NCBI GenBank assembly: GCA_000182565.2
Contig: KQ257453.1
Origin: Spizellomyces punctatus DAOM BR117
Taxonomy: Eukaryota
Strand: one strand, 5' to 3'
Length of the DNA: 20,000 nucleotides
This document shows positions 11,916 to 20,000 of the stretch, piece by piece. Every line of letters begins with the position of its first letter. The stretch's first letter is position 1. A program made the position numbers and the translations under genes. The notes under the pieces were generated by a model. It ran no database searches. It worked only from the letters and a program-made list of their open reading frames with translations, and was not told where the DNA came from.

Positions 11916-12755
11916 TCATGTAGACATATTATGATTGGGAAGGATTCAAGGTGGTGACCGGCAAGGAAAGGTATCCAAGAAAGACAAATAGATATAGACA
12001 AATGGACACAATAGACTATTCTACTTCACGTTAGGGTAGCTCTCATGGTGCTTTTCAGAATATGAGATGGAATAACTTCCACAAGTGTAACTAATACGAG
12101 GCTATAGGGGAACGGGTGAAGTAAAGTAAAACCTGCGAACTGACTCTTTTGGAAAGGGCTTTTATGTCTAGCTACGGCCGTTGCGCACAAATCCCTTTTG
12201 GATGGATCATATCTTACCCAGGCAAGACGTTTAGAAGTGAAGGCGGGTTCGGAATATTGTCCTTTGATAAATAAACTGCCAGAACCCTTGTGTTCTCTCT
12301 ACCTATGGAAAAGATTTTTGGATACTGACTCAACTGCTACACTAAGCTTGCGAACGAGAACTGCTAAGAAGGGACTACCGAAATCTGGGTCTTTGGGGTT
12401 AGAGTGCTCCCGAGAATGTCCAAGAGAGATGAGGTACTCACGAGACAGCCGCCAGGTTAAAGCTGTCCACACTGCTTTCACGTGCAGTTGCGCAATCGGA
12501 TGCAGCAAACTTGATCAAGAGGACTTCGTGTGCATGCAGGCGTTCTGAGACCCGCCAGAAGTCGTCAGTCGTAGATCAGTTTTCAGAGGACCTGTTGCAG
12601 ATGGTTCATCAATCCGAGACCTGAACTACCCGCTAGGTAAAGCGTGCCAGTCATGTTATTTAAGTGGAGCGGAGGTTATGGTATAGCGTACTTCCCACCA
12701 GTGTCCATCTACAAGTACCCTCGACATTTGTCGCCTTTTTAACTCATTTGCGGCC

Positions 12756-15454
12756 TCACAGTTTGTGCACACTGCAATATTTGCGGCCGGAGTATGTGCG
12801 TGTCGGACAAGGCTGGTCTGTACGAGGGCCACTGACAAATACATGATGGCACTGCATGCACGACTTTCTGCCAGGCTTTGCCTCTCGGCTACAAGGTTGT
12901 CGGTCACCTGTTCGATTAATGGAGTAAGAAGTGAATCTCAAAAGGGAAAACTGAACTAAGAATTGCTATGCACTGACCGCACACTTTGTTACACAGTAGC
13001 TGTTGCGTTGCCAATGTTGCTGGAGCACGATGTGAAGCAACCTTCTGTTTCTTCTTGATCTTCTTATCTGACTCGCGTGCTGCGCACACGCGTTTCTTGG
13101 AGTCCGTATCCTTTCCATCGTCCTCTCCATCATCTGCTTCATTGAAGCTATACTCCTCCGGCACATACTTGTCGTCTGCCGTCATATTCGCCAAATCATT
13201 TGGCAGAGTGCGATTCAATCGTTCCTCGTCTTCTTCATCTTCCTCATCTTCATCTTCCTCAATCTCCTCAGAGTTGCTGGCACCAGCGTTTCTCGGACGT
13301 CTTCCAATGGTTGCTGGAGGGTTTACCTTGTAGATTTCGGCTATGTACTTCAACAGCTTCGCATGGCGTTTCTCGAATTCCAAACAAGTCCACTGTTGAT
13401 CGGCTTTCACAAGTGTCATGGTAGTGAGCGCGAAGGGGACCATCTCCCCTTTCCGATTTTCAGTATAGATATCCTTCTTAGTCGCCCATGGGGCGTTCGA
13501 GCACTGAATGTTCGTAGAAGCGGGAAGCAAGCATAGGTTGCCGAGACGATTTGTATTCCCTTGAAAGTCGATTTTGTCCCACGCACGTCCGGGGTTTTGA
13601 GGATAGATGTGTTCGATCTGAACCTTCTCCCAATCATATGCCACTTTAGTGGAAGACATCTCCGCATTAATTCGACGAAGTATATATTGTGTAGCGAAGA
13701 TGCCTGCTCCGCCATATAGATTGCCATTAATGCGCGTAAGGAAAACTTTAATTTCTTGAGGCCTAGGTTCGAGCGCCGTACAGACCATCTCATCACTACG
13801 AGCGGTCGCTATGTCCTGAGGAACATTGAATATTAAACAAAAGAAACTAGTGACTGACTTATATTACCATTACCTTCAGAATGTCATAAAATCGGATGAT
13901 CAGTTTTTCCTTTAGTGAATCCACTCCTTTGCGGGGTTGCTTGTAGCCCACAAACAGGACTGCTATCAGTTTCTCTAGTCTATTCCAAAACTCCTCCTGT
14001 TGGAGAAGCTTAATATTGAACTTTCCGGCCGCCAAGGCTACAGTAAGCCACGTGCGCCAAAGCAAGCCAATATCGAAAGTCGTTTTGAGATGAATGCGCG
14101 ACTTATTTTCTCGAACCTGGGCCCAATCCAAGGCAGTACGACTAGGTTCCATGATGGAACGCCATAAGACTGAGTGCGTCTTGATCTTGTCGATCAGGAT
14201 TCCGGGGGTCAATGTATCGAACATGTAACGGTGATAAGGTGAATTTGTGTTCCCTAATGAGGCAGAGAAACTTAACAGAAAGCTCGACTTCTGTGCAGTA
14301 CCAGCCATTTCGATGCGGTATAGATGGTCAAGAAGTTCGCTGAAATTCTGCAAACTAAGAGTTATAACTATGCCGCCCCTCTGCTTCAGGTAAAAAGTGC
14401 ACATACTGCTGTATTGCCAAGTTGTTTCTCGGCTTTAACCCACTGCCCAACTTTCAATTCATATCCATCTCCGACAGAAGCCTTTAGCTTTCCAAAGGTG
14501 ACGGCTTTGAGATAATCCACTGGCGTTAAAGGTACACCGGGCACGTTTAAAGAAGTGAAAATGCGGTATGCTGAGTCCACGTCATGAGTATAAATAACGA
14601 GAAAGCGACACCGCTTATAAAAATAGTGTGCTAGTTTCTCCCTGATGGCGATGTGGCCTGTTCAGCAACCGTCCAATGCTGCTGATGCTTCAGCACTAAC
14701 CTGCTTTCCCGTTCCATGTTCTCTAGAATGCCCGCCAACTCGCGCACGTTTTCGCTGAGTAACTCGACAACAGGACGAGCATCTCGATCCGGAACAGCGA
14801 GTTCATAATCTTTGTCTAAGTGCTCCTCTAAGTCTGCCGGGTCAAGGAAATGGTCGCAGAAAGCTTGGTGATACGGCGCAGCAAGATTTAACCGATACGT
14901 GAAGTAATCTTTCGGAACCGCACTCTTTATCCATTTGGTATAAACTTGCTTCTGGTTCGGTGGTGCGAAATGCCGGAAGACGGAAAGGAGCAATATCATA
15001 GTAGTTAGGCGTTGTTGACCATCCACTATATCAAGTACTCGTTTGCTGTTCTGCTGAGGAGCCAACACAATTGTACCGAGAGGATGATATGGCGCACGTT
15101 CTTTGCATGCATCGTGCACATCGCTAAGAAGCCGTGTTACCATCTGTGGAGTCCAACAGTATCGTCTTTGGTAAATCGGTACTGAAAGGATAATCTGCTG
15201 ATGTTTTGTTGTTTCACCGAAAATGCCTTTCAAGCGCTTTTCGGTGAACAACTTATCATTGTCCTCACCAAAGAGTTGCGCGAGTGTACAATCTCGTACG
15301 TCTCTTATCGCGGTTTGATGCTTTTAGGTATATAATATGAGTTAATTGCCCTGGGAAGTCCAGCAAAGGAAAAACCATTTACCTGCTGGGCTCCGGCCAT
15401 ATTTCCTTGACCCTGATTTTGGCGACGAGGATGATGTCCATTTGCTGTCCCCAT
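12756..15454 (-). CDS. GmrSD/SspE-like DUF262 (NTPase) + DUF1524 (HNH nuclease) protein with an acidic/NLS/zinc-finger tail, about 796 aa; exons 15454-15383, 15320-14701, 14641-14407, 14347-13874, 13815-12978, 12907-12756
   Basis: Five GT..AG introns (62, 59, 59, 58, 70 nt) join the ORFs into one uninterrupted frame. DUF262 motifs: VPIYQRRYCW (PIYQR at 15165-15179), IVDGQQRLTT (DGQQR at 15009-15023) and AYRIFTSLNVPGVPLTPVDYLK. DUF1524 motifs: IEHIYPQ (EHIYPQ at 13597-13614) and RLGNLCLLPASTNIQCSNAPWATKKDIY (LGNL at 13534-13545). The start may instead be the ATG at 15400. Confidence 0.88.
13222..13269 (-). repeat. Low-complexity GAN repeat encoding the acidic tract EEIEEDEDEEDEEDEE
   Basis: Read directly within exon 5 of the DUF262/DUF1524 gene. 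Confidence 0.85.
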
Positions 15455-15739
15455 CTCATCGGAAAATAGTTGGCCACTCCATTCCCTTACGTAATGACTG
15501 GATACTATATCAAAAGCTCGCACATCTGACACAATCCTGGATGCAGATGTGCCCTCACCACAGGAGAGTTTACCTTAGGGCAAGCTGTCCAATTTCGGTG
15601 TTTTGCAGCCAAAACCATGCATCCTGAGCCAGAATCGTGATTAAACTAGATTTTGACACAATAGAGGCACTCAGTTTGAACATAGCCCTAGATACAAGAC
15701 CACCTTTCAATGCCAGAAAGCCCCAAGTTGTCATATGCA

Positions 15740-16182
15740 CTAATTTCCGATTGCTCTCGAAATATCAGCAACTACATCAGAGGGATCCTTGCCTTCCTCC
15801 ACCTCCAAAACCAGCTTCCCATACGGCCCACTGGCGTTCAACATGATCTGGATGGTGCGCGCTGGGTCATTGGTGTAGATGAAATCTGGCTTTGTCCTCC
15901 AATGATAAAACGTTCCTTTTTTCAAATATGCATAGAATGATGGTGTTAACTTCAGAGGCCGCTACCTGAACAAAATGCCTACCAACCTGCTATAAGACCG
16001 TGAGGTATAACAACCCCATACCTGGTGGTATACCAAGGCACGGAGACATTAGCATCTACCCTAACAGAGTCGATCTCCGAGAGCGGAACGGTGAGATCAG
16101 TAAAACGCCCACACAAGAATTTCTGCAGCATCGTAAGGGACACCGTCAGATGAGAATCAACAAGGGTGATTGCTACGGGCAT
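15740..16182 (-). CDS. Small 123-aa protein resembling bacterial hypothetical proteins (possible bacterial PH-like fold); exons 16182-15987, 15915-15740
   Basis: A 71-nt intron (15916-15986, GTTGGT..AAG) joins two ORFs in phase: MPVAITLVDSHLTVSLTMLQKFLCGRFTDLTVPLSEIDSVRV...GVVIPHGLIAG|TFYHWRTKPDFIYTNDPARTIQIMLNASGPYGKLVLEVEEGKDPSDVVADISRAIGN. The VPLSxIxSV and GxxIPxxxxAGTF/Y pattern is recalled from actinobacterial/cyanobacterial hypothetical proteins and was not checked by search. Confidence 0.75.
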
Positions 16183-16810
16183 CGTGCAATATTGTAGGGC
16201 ACTTGTTCATGACGGCGTCCTTTTATAAAAGGACCAATTCCTTGAGCCCTTGTGTGACTGATCCACATATACCACTCGACCACACAATGACTTTACAGAT
16301 TGACATATTCTTGGGAATTGAAATACGCATCAATTGAAAAATGCGTGAAGTCAGTGGTGGGCCTCAGTAATTACTGCCCAAATTCGCACTTTGCTGTTCG
16401 CTATGAATAATGGTCTTCCTACGTTCGCCGTGTCTTCCATTGCACATAAGTGGCTCATTACCAGTTCGTGGTTGCCACGGTTCAACTGCGGGTGCCGGGG
16501 AGCCACGCCTCACTTGGCTCGCTCTGGCGGTATGGGAATTGCATTGCTTCCAAGTGAACAGTGATTGAGCACTTCCCATGAGGCTTCTTCTACGCCCAAC
16601 TAAACTGTGTTGATTAGGTGAAGACCAATTCGGCTAGTGGCACAGTCATGTTGTCTTTGGCCCAGTCATGGCACATTTAAGGTTTTAAACTTTAAAAGTG
16701 GTATGCCAACCCCGATTTGCGACCGCTGGTGCCAGACGGCTAGAGGCCTTCATTGCTGCACATCCACAAAGCCGACGAACCAACGAACAAGCACCTGCAC
16801 ACAGCATGTG

Positions 16811-16822
16811 CATATAATAAAA
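16811..16822 (+). promoter_or_regulatory. Possible TATA-like element upstream of the antiporter
   Basis: CATATAATAAAA lies about 30-40 nt before the ATG at 16853. Confidence 0.25.
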
Positions 16823-16852
16823 GTAGAGGAGTCACTGCGCTGACGTGTAGTG

Positions 16853-18444
16853 ATGTCCGCAGCTGCCTTTCTTTTCCAAGAAGTACCAGTCTCGACGATC
16901 CTTATCCTGCTCGGTTTCCTCGTTCTTCTCAATTTTGCTCGCACGCTCTTCACGATTGCATTGCGTGCCGGGCTAGTGGGAGAGATTGCCATCGGCCTAG
17001 TGTTTGGCACCCCGCTACTGGATTTGCTTGGTGTTGGGCTTCAGGAGACCTTTGCTGCATTAGGGTATTTGGGGCTTCTTTCCATTGTGTTTGAAGGTAC
17101 GGATATCGTCATTGTTGGTTTGCTTTTGAGTTGGTATCAATAAGTTATTCACCATGGTGTCACTTTCAAGGTGGACTGGGAACGAACCTGAAACAAGCCA
17201 AGCGCAACATTGGGCTATCCCTGTTAGTTGGCACTACAGGCATATGTTTGCCGATCGTAACATGTATCCTTTTCTTTCACTTTGGGTTCAGTTCTACATT
17301 CTTGCAGGGGTTCACTGCTGGTGCGGCTTTGAGTGCCACCTCCCTTGGAACTACTTTCAGCATTCTGGAGGATGCAGGATTAACTAAGACAAGGGTTGGG
17401 ACTGTGCTAATCAGCGCTGCTATGTTTGACGATGTGGTTGGGTTGGTGATATCGCAGGTACCATCAAAGGTTCTGTTTTACAATGAATCGGTTATGCACG
17501 TGCTAATATCAGTATGCATACAGGTCGTCCACGGACTTGCACAAGATGCCCACCACGGCGCAAATGCCATAGGATGGCAAATTGGTCGTCCGATACTCGC
17601 ATCAGCTGGGTTGCTCCTGGTAACCTACGTACTTGTTAAAGTAGGCTTGCTCATCTTACCAGCACTTTTGGCCCGTATGTCATTGAGCAGCCGAGGCCAC
17701 CAATACTGGAGCGTCGTAGCATTGTTCATTTTACTCGTTGCATTCATCGCAATATCGTCCTACAGTGGCACGTCACATCTCCTAGGGACATTCTTGGCCG
17801 GGATATCACTCCGAGCAATTGAATCCGGTCTCACGCAAAAGACAGGAGCAGAACCACATTGTGCCCCGTCACACATATTTGAGCGGCACATTCGGCCGAT
17901 TCAAGAATATGTGTTTGCACCGCTTTTTTTTGCGACGATTGGGTTCGCGATACCTATTCGAACAATGTTTGATGGAGAGACCTTGTGGATGGGGCTTGTG
18001 CTGACAGTTTTGATGACCGTTGCCAAATGGCTGTCAGGGATTTCGGTTTTGGTTTGGAATTTAAGACCGAAAGAGAACTTGATGGATGAAGCAGCTCTGG
18101 AGATCGTCGTGGGGCCAAATTCTTTGGGTGAATTCAATTCCACAAGGGAATTAGTTCCGATGACGGTGCACGAAAATGCAAACCTGGTTAGCCCAGAGTT
18201 TAAGCCCGATACGCGCAATCAGAAAGACGTGAAGCTTCTCCCGTTAATGATTCTCGGATTCTCTATGGTTTCCCGCGGAGAGATAGGGCTCTTGATAGCA
18301 AATATTGCTTACCCTAGTGTATTAGACGAGCGTCTATTCAAAGTTTCCATATGGGCGGTGTTGTTGTGTACTATTATTGGGCCATTTGCCGTTGGGCACA
18401 TGGTAAAAAGTGGAGTAGTGGAGCGCTTGGGCAAGTGGGGATGA
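16853..18444 (+). CDS. Cation/H+ antiporter (Na_H_Exchanger, CPA2-type), about 483 aa; exons 16853-17096, 17171-17457, 17524-18444
   Basis: Introns are 17097-17170 and the in-frame 17458-17523. Motifs: GLVGEIAIGLVFG, LGYLGLLSIVFEG|GL, GAALSATSLGTT, AAMFDDVVGL (ion-binding DD), LLGTFLAG, FAPLFFATIG, MVSRGEIGLLIA. Many transmembrane segments. Confidence 0.9.
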
Positions 18445-18909
18445 ATGGTGTGCCAATCGAAGAAACAAAATAGAAGAAGAACTTCGGATTGTGCGGACTG
18501 GAAGTTCTTCGTTTTCGTAGAGAGCAAATGCATGTATATGATGATTTTGAAATTGAAAGGAGCGCTTTCAATATCAAAGACATTCATTCATGGACGAATA
18601 CTGGTTACTTTGCATCTTGTACTTTGCGAGACACGGGTCAGTCGCTTGACATTTGAAGTCATCAGTCTTCTCACCAGATAATTATGTTACCATAAACGTC
18701 CACCTTATTGAGGAAAAAATTCGGCCGATGTTTGATGCAAGAAATGCTCGATCATGTCAATAATCAATGTCATCCATTTAATTTATGATATTGTTTTCTA
18801 TTTTGGTCGATCAAAGTTCGCTGTCCGGGCTCCTTTTTTACATCCTTGGATCGGAGCTGCGCCAAACACATCAATTTCAAAAGGAAACGAAATCGCAAGA
18901 ATTCAAAAG

Positions 18910-18927
18910 TTAGGGTTAGAGTTAGGG
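18910..18927 (+). repeat. Very short degenerate telomere-like tract TTAGGG-TTAGAG-TTAGGG
   Basis: Read directly; only three units with one mismatch. Confidence 0.4.
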
Positions 18928-19077
18928 TTGTGGCATGATCTTCAAGGTCTGACAGATTCTTTGCATCTTTAAAAATGTTAGTTGAGGGAGCTTCTCTACA
19001 ACTTCAGTCACCCTGATACCAAGGGACGACAGGTATTAGAGAATTCTTTCGACTAGCCATCTTATTATTTATACTAA

Positions 19078-19680
19078 TTATCGGATGACTACATCGATTG
19101 AATAAATGTCATAAACCGATTGATGATGAAAGATGCCGACTCTCGAAGCAAGTGGGAGAACTCCGGGAAGCATGACGAAAGACGCATGCGAGTGGCAGAG
19201 CGTCGTTCCAGGCGCTCCCTTGAAATCGTCAAAAACGCGGTCGTTGTTGAAAGGTCATACTGTGTCACTACGCGGCCGTCGCGGTTGTCGGTGTCGACAA
19301 ACAGCTGTGTTCCGTTCAGGACGAGCAGCCCAGTTCATCGAGACTCTGCCTTTCCCACCAATGCGGAAATCCCTCATGGACGAACCTGCGGCGAGATCCC
19401 AATGTTGGATGAAATGATTAAAGATCGCTGTTGTGGTAGGGCGCATGTGCATTATAGACAGTTTTCTTCCTTCGGGTGATAGATATAGATCGTAGACTCC
19501 GAGTGAATCGAGACTTTGTGGAATGGAATAATTACGGAGAACATTGCCCGTGGTGATCCAATGGGTGACCGGTGTTATTCCAGCTATACTGGTCATTAAC
19601 TGCTGTCAGTCAGCCGTCAGAGCCTTTCTGATCGGACCCACAACCGGGGCGGGCTCGCCATATCTACGAACTACTTCACT
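19078..19680 (-). pseudogene. Probable decayed WD40/beta-propeller gene fragment
   Basis: Blade-like repeats: LTAD*QQLMTS...VTHWITTGNVLRNY, then LYLSPEGRKL...IQHWDLAAGSSMRDF, then in the +1 frame VLNGTQLFV...VTQYDLSTT. There is an in-frame TGA at 19606-19608 where Gly is expected and an apparent frameshift near 19320-19335. Boundaries are approximate. Confidence 0.45.
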
Positions 19681-20000
19681 TATCTATTTGTCCAACAAAA
19701 TCTAGAACCTCACACATCTGGATCATAATACCATCCTTCTTCCAGCTGTTTTGCACACATTGTCGTTTTAGTCGCTAACCAACCTGCCACAGGCCTGAGC
19801 AGCCAACATTGGAGCACCGTAGGCGAAAAACAGCATTTACCCCCTCCGGATGTCATCACAGCTTGCGTACCCCAACCCATCGCGACCAGGTCTCTGACTC
19901 GTTGCCCACAAGCACATTTTTGTGTAGACGCTAATTGAGCCGACACCTCTTCGTACCATCCTCTTCCTATTATCCGCAATGACGCAGGATCCCGAGGATT

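Noticed and set aside
12198-12548. Overlapping 116-aa (+) and 69-aa (-) ORFs between the convergent 7TM and nuclease genes
   Set aside because: No recognisable motifs or consistent splice structure; likely spurious.
12986-13333. Plus-strand ORF with a poly-Ser run
   Set aside because: It is the antisense shadow of the nuclease's Glu/Asp tract.
12916-15251. Four separate ORFs read as an operon or a frameshifted pseudogene
   Set aside because: Each break coincides with a 58-59 nt GT..AG intron, and splicing gives one continuous frame.
12756-16182. Bacterial contamination or a chimeric assembly as the source of the DUF262/DUF1524 and neighbouring genes
   Set aside because: Both genes need several phase-consistent spliceosomal introns, of the same size as the flanking host introns, to form ORFs.
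19120-19479. Plus-strand ORFs of 119 and 94 aa
   Set aside because: No recognisable features; better explained as antisense to the propeller remnant.

Overview
Intron-rich eukaryotic DNA with no rRNA, tRNA, CRISPR or clear transposon. Introns are mostly about 55-130 nt GT..AG, and the gene content suggests an early-diverging fungus, probably a chytrid (inference). I spliced the gene models by hand. In order: a possible ubiquitin-like gene running off the left edge (-); CDC20/Slp1 (-, 3 exons); a divergent small membrane protein (+, 4 exons); a 16-exon class C (GABA-B/mGluR-like) GPCR with a C-terminal PH-like domain (+); a 7TM orphan receptor-like gene (+); a 6-exon DUF262+DUF1524 GmrSD/SspE-like NTPase-HNH nuclease (-); a small one-intron gene resembling bacterial hypothetical proteins (-); a CPA2 cation/H+ antiporter (+); and a decayed beta-propeller remnant (-). 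The main finding is the nuclease at 12756-15454. It is a bacterial anti-phage, modification-dependent restriction-type enzyme with intact catalytic motifs that also carries spliceosomal introns, an acidic tract, a bipartite NLS-like motif and a C-terminal Cys/His zinc finger. It is a candidate domesticated nuclear antiviral restriction system. All family assignments come from motif recognition, not database searches.
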